From positions 1-64,000 of IMG/VR virus record IMGVR_UViG_3300034816_000006: a DNA stretch of 64,000 nucleotides; one strand, written 5' to 3'. Shown piece by piece: positions 20,440 through 30,683 of this stretch; position 1 is the first letter of the stretch; each line of letters begins with the position of its first letter. Under the pieces are notes generated by a model. The model was not told where the DNA came from. It was given only the letters and a program-made list of their open reading frames with translations, and made no database searches. A program made the translations under genes and the position numbers. This DNA comes from a virus.

Positions 20440-20640
20440 CCGGGAGACAGCCGGGAGACAGCGGCCATCAGCGTCTGCAACCGGCCGCGACTGTTCAGAT
20501 CCTGGGTCGGCTACGCGATGTTCTTGTTCGTCTTGCTGTGTCATGTTCTCGACATCCCTTGATGTACGCATCGTCTGCAACGTTGGCAACGGCATATCAC
20601 CCTCGACGGGGCCCTGAATTCGGGAGACGGACGGGAGACG
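20440..20640. promoter_or_regulatory. Putative attP with integrase arm-type sites
   Basis: CGGGAGAC at 20441, 20452, 20621, 20632 (two pairs, 11-bp period); CGTCTGCAAC at 20472 and 20572; next to integrase 3' end. Confidence 0.6.
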
Positions 20641-21706
20641 CTGCCATATCGCTCGGCATCCGGAACTTCACCCGGCCGTAGTCCTTCTCGAAGGTGTCCG
20701 GCCTGAGGTGCGCGTAGGTCCGCTCGGTGATGGTCACGCTCGAGTGCCCAAGGATACGCGAAAGGTCGAAGATATCGCCACCGTCGATCAGCCACAGCGA
20801 CGCGAAGCTGTGGCGCAGGTCGTGGACCCGCATGCGCTCGTCGAGTTCCGCATGCTCGACCGCGCGCTTGAACGGCTTCCATACCGACGGCTGCGACAGC
20901 GGCCTACCCGGTCGCCCGCCGGGCCACAGCAGCACGTTGCGGCCGCGCTGCAGACGCATCTCGCGAAGCACTGGAAGCAGAGCATCGAGGATCGGGACCC
21001 ACCGGAGCTTGCCGGACTTCGTCATTCCGCGGCGCCCTCGGTGTACCGCGATCAGCCGGTGCTCGAGATCGATGTCGTCCCAGTGCAGGTGGAGCGCCTC
21101 GTCGAGGCGCATGCCAGTGCCGACCAGCACGGCGACGATTGTGCGGATGTTCGGCGTGCATTCGGAGAGCAGCCGCGTCACCTGCTCCAGCGACTGCAGC
21201 CATGGAAACACCTTGGCTGGTCGCACGAGCATCTTCACGCGGTGGCACGGGTTGCCGGCGATCCACTGCTGATCGACGAACCATGTGAACGCGCTGGACA
21301 GCGTGCCGACAAGGGCGTTAACGAACGATGCAGACACGGTTGCGCTGATCCTGTCGCGCCAGCGGACCACCTCGAGCTTGCGGATCTTGACGATCGGCAC
21401 CGAGCCGAATTCAACCGCGAGATGGTTTCGCACGCGGCTCTCGTACTCGTCCCATGATCGGGATCCGGCTTCGCGTAGCGCCTTGATCCATGCCTCGGCA
21501 GCGACCGAGAACGTGCGCTCGATGTCGACGTCAGACGGCAGTTCGCCGCTCACGATCTTCCGCTGCGTCGTGCGGAAGTCCTCGTCTATCGCGATGGCCT
21601 CGCGCTTCGATGCGTACGAGCCGACGTAGACCTTCTTGTCGCGACCAGCGCGACGACCATAGACCTGGTAGCGGACGCCTTCGACCCTGCGAACCGTCTT
21701 GATCAT
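20597..21706 (-). CDS. int: Tyrosine integrase
   Basis: TGMRLDEA, TKSGK, HDLRHSFAS, ILGHSSVTITERTYAH catalytic motifs. Confidence 0.95.
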   Translation of the reverse strand: MIKTVRRVEGVRYQVYGRRAGRDKKVYVGSYASKREAIAIDEDFRTTQRKIVSGELPSDVDIERTFSVAAEAWIKALREAGSRSWDEYESRVRNHLAVEFGSVPIVKIRKLEVVRWRDRISATVSASFVNALVGTLSSAFTWFVDQQWIAGNPCHRVKMLVRPAKVFPWLQSLEQVTRLLSECTPNIRTIVAVLVGTGMRLDEALHLHWDDIDLEHRLIAVHRGRRGMTKSGKLRWVPILDALLPVLREMRLQRGRNVLLWPGGRPGRPLSQPSVWKPFKRAVEHAELDERMRVHDLRHSFASLWLIDGGDIFDLSRILGHSSVTITERTYAHLRPDTFEKDYGRVKFRMPSDMAASPVRLPNSGPRRG

Positions 21707-21876
21707 GGCGAGAACCTACACGACTCGATCCAGCGATCGAGCTCGGCTTCGTCAAACTTCACCACGCGCGGGCCCAATCGGATGTGCGGTACCCGCTTGC
21801 GGCTCACCATGGCGCGCAGCGTGCCGACCGGAACGGCCAACTTCGCCGCGGCCTGTGTGTAGCTGAGAAGGGTCAC
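21703..21876 (-). CDS. xis: Excisionase-like HTH protein
   Basis: LLSYTQAAAKLAVPVGTLRAMVSRKRVPHIRLG; coupled to integrase. Confidence 0.8.
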   Translation of the reverse strand: MTLLSYTQAAAKLAVPVGTLRAMVSRKRVPHIRLGPRVVKFDEAELDRWIESCRFSP

Positions 21877-22323
21877 GGCTTCCCCTCCAGCGCCGCGTCG
21901 CAATCCTTCGCGCTCCGGCACTCCCACTCGTCGCCGTATACGTCGCGCTGCATAAGCGTCCGTGCGCGCCGCCGGTTGCAAATGCGGCAGACGGCGGTCC
22001 TGTGCGACCTGGGCTTCATGGTGGACCTTGACGGCTTCACTTCGGCCACCTCAACGCCTCCTTCCCCTTCGCCCATTTCGCGCCGCGCCAACGCCCGAGT
22101 CCAAGCGCCTTGCACGTGTCACACAGCGGGCAGATGTCGCCGAACTCGCACGTGCACTCGCCACCATCCGAGATTGATATCCACAACAAGCGGACCAGGG
22201 CGCGACGCAGCGCAGCGATCTGCTCGGCGGTTGACATCACGCGCCGGGCGATCGCGGCTCGCCGCTTGTTGTGCACGCGCGACTTGGGCGTGATGCCGAA
22301 TGCGAGGGTCGGGTCGGAGGGCT

Positions 22324-22581
22324 TCACCTGCGCGGCCTCCGGTTCGTGGCGCGTGACCCGGCCGGCAGCACGGTGCGGACCGCGCCATCCAGCGACACCA
22401 CGAGCAAGCGTCCGCTCTGCGTGCGGTAGATCGGATCCTCGCCGGGCGGTTGCTCGTACAGTACGGCACCGCGCATCTCTCGGAACAGGTCACTGCGCGC
22501 GGCCTCCCATGACCAGCCCTGGCGGTGGCGCTCGATGTACCGCTCGATCGCGTGGTTCGTCAGCGAGGTCGGCTTGCTCAC
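22324..22581 (-). CDS. HAxxRY-motif small protein (DUF4258/BrnT-like fold candidate)
   Basis: LTNHAIERYIER...LLVV...VRTVL. Confidence 0.5.
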   Translation of the reverse strand: MSKPTSLTNHAIERYIERHRQGWSWEAARSDLFREMRGAVLYEQPPGEDPIYRTQSGRLLVVSLDGAVRTVLPAGSRATNRRPRR

Positions 22582-22977
22582 GCCATCCCCCAGCCTTCGC
22601 TATCCGCGCCCACTAGCTCCAGCAGAAACCCGTCCGCGACGTGACCACGACCATGCGCCATGTGGAACTCGGCGATCCAGCAGACGATCGCCCAGCGTGG
22701 AGTGGGCGGTCGGCGCGGTGGTTCGATGCGGATGGCTGCCATGGTCACGACTCTCCTCGCGGTCCGACCGGGTCCGTAGCGAGGCCAGACTCCACGCGAA
22801 TGATCCACTCCTTGACCACTCCGACCATGTCGCCCTGGTTGCAGTTCGAGATGTACGCGCAGTTGCCGCGATCGCCGAACTCGAACACGAAAACGGTCAG
22901 GCCGACACGCGGGCCGAGCTTGTGAATCGCATAACCGATCAGTTCGCGTGACAGCCGTTCCAGTACTCGTCGAGAGA

Positions 22978-23451
22978 TCATGTCGACCACTCCTCGTGCT
23001 CCAGCAGTTGCCCCTCGCGTCCCACCACGTACAGCGCGCGCAACTTCCCGGCCCGCAGCGCATTGAGTGCCATGCGGATCGTGGCCCACGTCCCGCCGCG
23101 CGGCTGTGGCTCGTTCTCGAACGGTGCCGCGATCATGATGTGCGAGATGGCGACGATGGCGGCGTTGCGCTTCATGTGGGACGCGCGGTCGTGCCGGAAG
23201 TCGCCGAAGCATCCAGCGGACAGATCACCAAGCGGTCCAGGATGAATCGCGATGTCAGCCGCATCCCGCAGGGCGACACGCACGATGCGGTGGAATTCTG
23301 CATCTGCCCCGACGCAGTCACCGTGATGCGCCAGGACGCGACGCAGATCGCTCGGCTTGTTGGTCATCACCAGGAAGGAGACCATATTTGACTGGTCGGC
23401 CGACATGCCATGTCGAGTTCCCGTGAATCCCATATGGAACGGTTCGGCCAT
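22978..23451 (-). CDS. SLOG-superfamily protein
   Basis: GFTGTR, HGDCVGAD, RNAAIV, GGTWATIR motifs. Confidence 0.7.
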   Translation of the reverse strand: MAEPFHMGFTGTRHGMSADQSNMVSFLVMTNKPSDLRRVLAHHGDCVGADAEFHRIVRVALRDAADIAIHPGPLGDLSAGCFGDFRHDRASHMKRNAAIVAISHIMIAAPFENEPQPRGGTWATIRMALNALRAGKLRALYVVGREGQLLEHEEWST

Positions 23452-23615
23452 CTACGCTCTCCACGGCGACTTGTATTTTGCGAAAAGTTCGTGCATCTCG
23501 AGCTCTGACATCACGAGCACAGGAGAGTGGCCAACGAGAATTTCTAGCGACCTCAGCCACAACAAGCAGAGATGAAAATCGAACCTCGACGGCACGATGG
23601 GATGCGTTCTCGTGT

Positions 23616-23978
23616 TCACGTCTTCCTCCTGTACTTCGCTTGCTCGCCCTTCGCCCTCGTCCGCTCGACGCGCCCCGTCTCGATCAGTCGCCGCAACGCG
23701 CGGTGCAGCGTGCGCTCGCGGATCCCAGGAACCAATGCCCTGACCTCGGCGCCGGTCATCGGCTCGGTTAGCCGCTCGCACGCGGCATCGCAGACTCGCG
23801 CGAACAGCTTCGCCTTGTGGCTGCCCATGCCGCGCGGAACGGTTCCCGGTCGCAGGCGACGCCAATGCCTGTAGATGACTGGCATCGACACGTCGAAGCG
23901 GTGCGCGACGTCAGCAACGGACAGGTTCGGGTCGGCATCGAGCATGGCGATCGCGGAAGCGGCGAGCTGGTCGGTCAT
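23616..23978 (-). CDS. Two-HTH DNA-binding protein
   Basis: SVADVAHRFDVSMPVIYRH and ERTLHRALRRLIETGRV. Confidence 0.65.
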   Translation of the reverse strand: MTDQLAASAIAMLDADPNLSVADVAHRFDVSMPVIYRHWRRLRPGTVPRGMGSHKAKLFARVCDAACERLTEPMTGAEVRALVPGIRERTLHRALRRLIETGRVERTRAKGEQAKYRRKT

Positions 23979-24683
23979 CGCTTAGCCTTCCCTCGCTTCG
24001 CTGGCTTCTGGTCCGCCAACCATGCCGCTGCATCGAACAGCGCTTGCCCGATGCGCTCGGCGTCGGACGAGGTGAGCGGATTTCCGGTAGCGTTCGCGAG
24101 ATCCTCGGGCAAGACGAGCCAGGCGCCGTCGAGGTCGACGACGATCTTCATCTTGCGGCCATCTTGCAACTCGACGGACCAGGAGCGATCGCGTGAGTCG
24201 CTCATCGCTTCAGCTCCGACAGCCGCGCCGCGACCATCATCGTCTCGGGCAATGCGGTTGCGCATGTCCCACAGGACTGCAGGTGCTCGCGGAACGCCTC
24301 GGCGCGGTCTGTGGGTAGTTCGCCGTCAGCGAAGGCGACGAGGTCGGAACAAGTGGTGGATGCCGGTCGCGCGTAGGACCGTACCGCATCGACCGCAGAT
24401 TCCAGGCAGTCGTTCCAGCCCTCGCAATACGCGCTCGAGATGCCCTGCTGCTTGTAGCCTTCGACTGTCCACTCGCGTTCTCCGACGTCCGCGACCTTGC
24501 CCGCGATTGACTCGCGCGTCTTCGTCTCCATCGCCTCGAGCGCGGTGGCCATCTTGGATGCGAACCCGGCGCTCAGGTCCGCGATGGTGGACTCGAGCGA
24601 GGCGATGCGCTCCTCGAGACCGGCGGAGCGGAGGCGCTCGGCGCGGAGTTGATCGGCGAACTTGTCGCACACGTCCTGGTAGC

Positions 24684-25277
24684 TCATGGCGCACTCCACG
24701 GCTGCGGCTGCATGTCGGCGGGGATGCGGTGCTTGCCGCGCGCAAGCGGGTGCTTCGGGTGTCCGGCCTTCGTCGTGCCGAGGTTGTGCGTCTTGATGCC
24801 AGCGGTCCGCAGCATGCCGAGCACGGCGCGATCGCGGCTGTCCAGCGCACCATCGTTGCCCCACGCCGTTACGACCACCGTCGCCATCGAGCACGCGAGC
24901 ATGATCGCCTGATTGTTGATGACGTCGTCGCCGCGCTCGCCGACCGCGCGCTTCTTGAGATCGGTCGGGTACGGCGACCGGAACGCGTGCTCGTTCACGA
25001 CCCACGTGATGTCGTGGCCCCAGCGACGCGTGAACTTCACGCATTCGGTGACCGTCGGGTCTGGTTTGAATGCGTCTGCGTCGCTGGGGTTCAACATCAG
25101 AAAGCAGGCGATCTCGAGTGTTGGCGGCGACCATGGCGGGCCGAGCATCTGGAAGATGACGTCGCCTCCGATCTCGCGGGCGCGGTCGCTGACCAGGCGC
25201 AGCAGATGATAGCGCATCGTCATGTCATCGCTGAACTGCGCGAATCCTGCACGATCGTCGCTCCACTGATCAATCAT
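24684..25277 (-). CDS. DUF1643 family protein
   Basis: MLNPSDADAFKPDPT, VTAWGN, TKAGHPKHPL. Confidence 0.85.
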   Translation of the reverse strand: MIDQWSDDRAGFAQFSDDMTMRYHLLRLVSDRAREIGGDVIFQMLGPPWSPPTLEIACFLMLNPSDADAFKPDPTVTECVKFTRRWGHDITWVVNEHAFRSPYPTDLKKRAVGERGDDVINNQAIMLACSMATVVVTAWGNDGALDSRDRAVLGMLRTAGIKTHNLGTTKAGHPKHPLARGKHRIPADMQPQPWSAP

Positions 25278-25293
25278 GTCTTGCTCCTCATCG

Positions 25294-25432
25294 TGGAGTC
25301 CGCCCGGCTCGAACGGGCATCACGCCTCGCGGCGTACGTTCTAGCAGCCGTCGCCACGCGTGCGGTGCTGTTGTCTCGAACCGTCGGAGCTGCAGGCATC
25401 CGACGAGCACTGTCCAATTGTGCTAGGACCCC
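25294..25432 (-). ncRNA. Non-canonical tRNA-like RNA with alanine identity elements (139 nt)
   Basis: Acceptor GGGGUCC/GGACUCC+A73, D-arm GCAC-AAUUGGACA-GUGC, T-arm GCCCG-UUCGAGC-CGGGC; expanded middle; no encoded CCA. Confidence 0.75.
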
Positions 25433-25438
25433 GGACAT

Positions 25439-26608
25439 CTAGAACGGACTACTCTCCGCCGACCCGTTGGTCAGCTGCTTGGGTTCATCGGTCTCGGGTG
25501 CCACCACGTGCAATGTCGGCTCGTATTCCTCGATCGTCACGGTCTCCTTGCGAGCCATCTTGCCGAGCCGCTCGACCTCACCGAACACCGCTTTCTTGGT
25601 CGCTGCGAACTGGCCTCGCTTCACGAGCGGCTTAACGACGCGCTCGAACTGCGCCTGTGACGCAACCATCTCCACGACCTTGTCCGCTACGTCGCGGCCG
25701 AGTTCCGGCATCGCAGCGACGACGGCATGCACCGTTGGGCCGTCGTACTCGCGGTCGCCCAGTTTCGCATGTGGGCCGAACATGCGGCCGTTGCGAAGGG
25801 GAATTGGGCGCTCGGCCGCTCGAGCGTACAGCGCGGCGCTCAGTCGCGTCTGCACCGTCTTGATCCGCTGCAACAGGTCGTAGGCGTCGGCTGCATCCTC
25901 GTCGTTACCGAACGGGATCATTGACTCGACGCGCATCGCGATCGCGCCACCGCCGGCCTCCTCGGCGAGACGCCTCTGCTCGGGACACGAGATGAACGCG
26001 TGGCAATACTTGCAGTGCTTGCCCGTGACCAGTTCGCGCGAGGTCGATGTCATCATCTCGCGTAACCGCGCCGCGTGGACATCGAGGTCGAACACACACA
26101 ACGTCGCCACGTCGGCCGGTTTCCACGACGCGCCGAGGTAGACGATTGCAACGGTGACCTCGTCACGACCCGAGGCGCGGGCAACCGCAAGTGCTCCGGT
26201 GGCAAGCTGCGGATTCAGCGCGGCCGACGTCACGTCTTCAAAACCCTTGTAGTCGACGACCAGCACGCGGTTCTCGCCGTATACGATGAGGTCGATCGTC
26301 ATCGGGATCTCGAACGGCCGCAGCCCGGAGTAGTCACGCCAGGCGATGTGGCCCAACGCGCGGGCCGTGTCGTCGCTGACGTCGTAGGCCATTGCGCATT
26401 CCGCGGCCATGACATCGCCCGGCTCCAGAAGCTTGCGAACCTGCCACGGCAGATCCTCGTGCGCACCAAGAACCGCGGCTGCCTCCGCATCCCCGTGTCG
26501 GTCGTTGCCAGCTTCGGCGTAGTCCGATCGGTAGTCGTGCTGCTCAAGGTGCGCCGAACCTGGGCAGGCGAGCACGCGCTCGACGGAGGATGCGGAGGGG
26601 CGGTTCAT
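25439..26608 (-). CDS. PD-(D/E)XK exonuclease (DUF2800/Cas4-like)
   Basis: SASS...ACPGS, TIDL...VVDYKG, NPQL, GKHCKYC...CP. Confidence 0.85.
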   Translation of the reverse strand: MNRPSASSVERVLACPGSAHLEQHDYRSDYAEAGNDRHGDAEAAAVLGAHEDLPWQVRKLLEPGDVMAAECAMAYDVSDDTARALGHIAWRDYSGLRPFEIPMTIDLIVYGENRVLVVDYKGFEDVTSAALNPQLATGALAVARASGRDEVTVAIVYLGASWKPADVATLCVFDLDVHAARLREMMTSTSRELVTGKHCKYCHAFISCPEQRRLAEEAGGGAIAMRVESMIPFGNDEDAADAYDLLQRIKTVQTRLSAALYARAAERPIPLRNGRMFGPHAKLGDREYDGPTVHAVVAAMPELGRDVADKVVEMVASQAQFERVVKPLVKRGQFAATKKAVFGEVERLGKMARKETVTIEEYEPTLHVVAPETDEPKQLTNGSAESSPF

Positions 26609-27028
26609 GGCTCAAACACCTGGAGTTCGTAGTCGTCATCGACGACACGAAAGAACTCCGACGCACGCGACCCGCTCAGCTTCTTGTTGAGCGCCTCGCA
26701 CATGATGTCGGCCCAGCGCTGGCTGGTAATCTCGCTCGCCACCAGTGTGTCGTCGTGGCCTGGACCCTCACGGTTGAAGTTGTCAACGCACACGATCTTC
26801 ACGGTCTTAGTTCCGTTTCCTCGATGCGCGCCTTGGGGCCATCGTCGTGCGAGTCAACGTAGCGAACCCAGCCGACCGAGCGACCGTAGTCGCGCTCCGT
26901 CCAGACGTAGCCATAGTCGGCGTAGAGCGCCTTGAATTCCTCGACTTGCCGATCGGCACCTTCGCGTGTCGAGTGCACGGTGATCATGTCGTTGACATGA
27001 CGGTCGTGGCAGATGACGACGTAGACCT

Positions 27029-27886
27029 TCACGCTGTCTCACCCGTGCCTGTGTCGGACGAGTCGACGGAGCTCGTTGGCGTCGTCGCTGCGACCGACGA
27101 CGAATCGCCTGATGTAGGGCGTTTCTTGATCTCCGCGACCCGTGCCTTGTACTTGGCATTGATCGCCTCGTAGGCCGGGTGACCAGGGCGCAGGCCGCGC
27201 TTCGCGAAGCGACCGGCGATCTCCCTGCATGACTCGATCGTCTGAGCGTTTTCGAGCTGACCGATTTCCTCGTAGTCGGACGCGCTGAACGGCGGCGGCG
27301 TCGGCTGGGCATCGACAAACTCGGCGTCGATGGCGTCGACATGAACAGGACGCGGAGAATCGTCGCGCTCGCCGACCTCGTCGGCTGTGAACACCCCCGC
27401 AAGGATGTCCGAGTACACGTCGCGAGCGAGCTCCGACTTCGCGCGAGACGCCAGCATCGCCCGCGGGAACGTGCGCCAGTTGTCCTTCTGGTGCAGCGCG
27501 GCGACCTTGGCCATCTCGATGGTCCAGGTACACTTCTGCTCGGGTTCGCCGCGTCGCTTCGTCACATAGGTGACGCTCTTGTCTGTTCCCTCGCCGAGTC
27601 GACGGAAGTACTCGGCCTTGCCGCTGCCGAGTACAACCGCAACCATCGCATCCGCGCTCATCACGGGTTTGCCGTTGATGACCGAGAACGAGCGCAGCGA
27701 AGCCATCGGCGCGAGGCCCAGCTCCTGGCCCGCCATGATCTGCATCATGACCTCGGGAACCTTGTTGCGGAGCGCCTCGGGGAGCAACCCGGACTTGGCG
27801 ATGCGCTCGGACAGTGTCACGACCTCATCGAGCGTACGGGGGGCGATGATCGCGGGCTGGCGAACCAGTGCGGTCTCGTCGCTCAT
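27029..27886 (-). CDS. RecT-family single-strand annealing recombinase
   Basis: GQELGLAPMASLRSFSVINGKP, WRTFPRAML...ARDVYSDILAG. Confidence 0.85.
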   Translation of the reverse strand: MSDETALVRQPAIIAPRTLDEVVTLSERIAKSGLLPEALRNKVPEVMMQIMAGQELGLAPMASLRSFSVINGKPVMSADAMVAVVLGSGKAEYFRRLGEGTDKSVTYVTKRRGEPEQKCTWTIEMAKVAALHQKDNWRTFPRAMLASRAKSELARDVYSDILAGVFTADEVGERDDSPRPVHVDAIDAEFVDAQPTPPPFSASDYEEIGQLENAQTIESCREIAGRFAKRGLRPGHPAYEAINAKYKARVAEIKKRPTSGDSSSVAATTPTSSVDSSDTGTGETA

Positions 27887-28434
27887 CGCAGCACCTTCGC
27901 GATCGGCGTCAGGTCACGCGCGTTCGTGATGAACGGGATGTCATCTTCGCCCGGCGGCGGGATGTCATCCTGCGGCGGAGTTCCGCTGTCATCGTACCCG
28001 GCGCCTTCGGCGAGCGCGGCACGCATGGCCTCGTCGGCCTCGTCGGCGCTCTGGCGGCTCGGCGCCTTGAGCGGCTTCGGTCCGCGACCGATGGAGTTCG
28101 CCTTGCCCCAGATCTGACCGGCCTTCTTGCCGGTCTTGATCTCGAGATGACGGATCTCGACGGTAGACTCGCCGCCAGTCGCCTTGATCCAGCCATCGAC
28201 GTCGCTGCGGAACGTTTCGAGACGCGTGCCTTTCCAGCCGACTGCGCGCGCAGACTGGGCGATGTACTTCGCGCTCTTGTTGTTGACGCGGTCCTCGTAC
28301 GTGACCTTACGTCCGGTGTCGGGACCTTCGATGATCTGCACGTTGACACGTACGGTCATGATGTCCTTGTCGTCCGCTGCGGCCTCGCCGCCAAGCACCT
28401 TACACTTCCAGATTCCTTCTACGGGTTCACTCAT
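27883..28434 (-). CDS. Single-stranded DNA-binding protein (DUF669-like)
   Basis: IIEGPDTGRKV fold motif, acidic tail with DDIPF; adjacent to RecT. Confidence 0.7.
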   Translation of the reverse strand: MSEPVEGIWKCKVLGGEAAADDKDIMTVRVNVQIIEGPDTGRKVTYEDRVNNKSAKYIAQSARAVGWKGTRLETFRSDVDGWIKATGGESTVEIRHLEIKTGKKAGQIWGKANSIGRGPKPLKAPSRQSADEADEAMRAALAEGAGYDDSGTPPQDDIPPPGEDDIPFITNARDLTPIAKVLR

Positions 28435-28467
28435 TGATAGTTCTCTCGTTGTGGGTTGAACGTTGCG

Positions 28468-28506
28468 TGCGCTGTCGCCGAGTCGAACGGCGGTTACCCT
28501 CAGCGC
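28468..28506 (-). ncRNA. tRNA minihelix-like element (acceptor-like stem plus T-arm)
   Basis: GCGCUG-AGGGUAAC-CGCCG-UUCGACU-CGGCG-A-CAGCGC-A. Confidence 0.55.
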
Positions 28507-30448
28507 TGGATCGTCAGTCGCCTGGTCTTGCGGTCTCGCCGCAGCTGCCTCGCCGTCGCTGGCACCACCGGCTCCCACGCCGCAAGGTCGCAGATGATGG
28601 CCGCAAGGACACAGGCCATGATGATCATGTCGGGCGAGATCACGGCTCGCCCCCACGAGAAGTCGTCCCGGCTGCCGGTCTGGAGTCCGGCATAGGTGAT
28701 CCACCCGTCGCGCTAGTCAGAGGGTAACGCGACGGCACAACCGGGACGGAAAACCGCTTGGGGCGCCGCCGCTCACGCACCTCGTCGACGATCATCTCAA
28801 TGGCGAGCTCGATCAGCTTCATGGCCAGAGCGCCAATCGCCATCAGGCCGATGACGACGAACGTCACTTGGTGGCCCCCAGCACCGCGTTGCAGCGCGCG
28901 ATCTGCGCGGCGATGAACTGTGCACGCTCGACGCTTAGGCCGTTGATGCCGAGGCTGGCGAGCTCGTCGCGATACGCCGCGACCAGCGACAGCGCCTCGG
29001 CTGAGTGCGACGCAGCCAGAAACCGCTCGACCATGATGTCCGCGATCTCGTGCACGACTGCCGCGGTCGTGGTCTCCCCGGGACCGTTGGCCTCGATGGC
29101 CCGGCGTGCTGCTGACTCGAGGCGAGCGGCATCGCTGGCAGCCTTCGATGCCCGTAGCTGCTGCAGCTCCAGCAACGCGCTCCGCACCGGAGGTGGCACG
29201 TCGGTCAGCCAGGCCTTGAGGTCGTCGTCGGACAGTCGCTCGTTCATGCCTCACCTCGATCCTTCGACATCTCGGCGCGCTCGGCCTCGAAGTCATCGGC
29301 AATCCTGCGCTGCGCATCGGCAAGCTCCGCGTAGTACGAAGCGGTGAGCATGGCCGCCGCGAGTGTTGACACGGCGCGGACATCCGGTCCGATGGTGCCG
29401 AATTCGTCGCTATAGAGCTTGCGGGCCTCGGCGAGCGCAGCGGCCGCGCGATGAATGATCTCGTTGTTCATGGCTTCCTCGTGGGCTTCGTATCGGCCAT
29501 CGACGACGGAGACGGGATGTCGAGCACTTCCGCCAGTGGCACACCGTCGATGCTCGGCACAGGCTCGAGCACGGCGAGCATGGCGCCCGTGGCCTCGTGG
29601 AGCCAGCGCAAGGACGCTTGGTCCAGGTCGACTAGGTCGTGCGTGACATAATGGTGCGCCTCCGGATCGAGCACTTGATCGGCATGCACCGTCTCCCAAG
29701 CCAACAGCATTCCCACGCTCGGTGAACTCTCCAGGCGCAGGCGTTCACCTGGCGCTCCGGTCGGAAAGATCCTGACGAAGCGCCTCACGACTCGACCTCG
29801 GGATCGAAGCGCGAGTCATGCGGCGTGCCGTGGTCGGCGCTGCGCGTGACGGCGCACGTCGTCTCGTGGTCATCCTCGTCGCGAATGTCGGGTTCGGCGG
29901 CTCGCTGGGCCTCGTAGGCAGCCGCGGAGATGTCGGTTTGGTCAAGGTCGACAACTATGCCGTCCCCGAACATCTCCTGTGCCGCGACCTGCGTGGGCTC
30001 CTGACCGCAGCACGGCTGATTCGCCATCTGCGCCAGCAGCGCCTCGGCCGCGGCGTCGTTCTCGGCCGTCTCGGCGAGTTGCTCAGCGACCGGGCGCGAG
30101 ATGTCCCAGTCCCAGCCGTCGCTGTGGTCGTTGGCGATCTCGGCCGCTAGCCAGCCCCCGTGCCAGGCGGCGAGGTCGACGAATGGCGAGGCCTCGTCGC
30201 CATCGAAGCCAGCGTCTTCCGCGTTGGTCATCCGCGCGAATCCGTCGGCCAGCAGTTCGGCGGCGATCGCCGCGGCCGCGATCTCGTGCTCGACCGCGAG
30301 CAAGGCGTCATTGGCGGGGCCGAGCGACAGCGTCTCGCCGCACGCCTGGCACTTCGCGTGCCTGACCGCTGGATGATGCCAGGCAGCTGTCTCGTGCTGG
30401 CATTGAGTCTTGCGCTTCGTCATTGTCTATCCTGTAGTCACTCTCTAG

Positions 30449-30479
30449 TGCGCCCACCAGATGTCACTCGGGTGAGCGC
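30449..30479 (-). other. ~12-bp hairpin with 3' A (minihelix-like or processing stem)
   Basis: GCGCUCACC...GGUGGGCGC-A just downstream of precursor gene. Confidence 0.4.
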
Positions 30480-30490
30480 TGGTTCACGAC

Positions 30491-30673
30491 TCAGCAGATC
30501 AGTTGTGATGTGTCGCAGTCGCGACACGTGCAGGTACCGAATACACAAGTGATGCAGGTCAGCGGTTCGGCGACCGACGGCTTGGCGCCGCCGACGACGA
30601 CGCGGAACTCGGGTCCGTCGAGCATGCGGATGGTCTCGGCGTTGAGCCAGAGCTTGGTCTTGTGGCGCTTCAT
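30491..30673 (-). CDS. RiPP/lanthipeptide-like precursor peptide 1
   Basis: AGGAG RBS; leader MKRHKTKLWLNAETIRML...VVVGG; core AKPSVAEPLTCITCVFGTCTCRDCDTSQLIC. Confidence 0.75.
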   Translation of the reverse strand: MKRHKTKLWLNAETIRMLDGPEFRVVVGGAKPSVAEPLTCITCVFGTCTCRDCDTSQLIC

Positions 30674-30683
30674 CTGGAGACTC

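Noticed and set aside
25294-25432. tmRNA or intron-containing canonical tRNA
   Set aside because: Too short for tmRNA, has a paired D-arm and no tag ORF; insert too small for a group I intron and no clean anticodon stem is restored by removing it
23817-25442. 541-aa Arg-rich plus-strand ORF
   Set aside because: Low-complexity shadow of several real minus-strand genes
25439-26608. Cas4 as part of a CRISPR system
   Set aside because: Context next to RecT and SSB indicates a recombination exonuclease; no array or other cas genes
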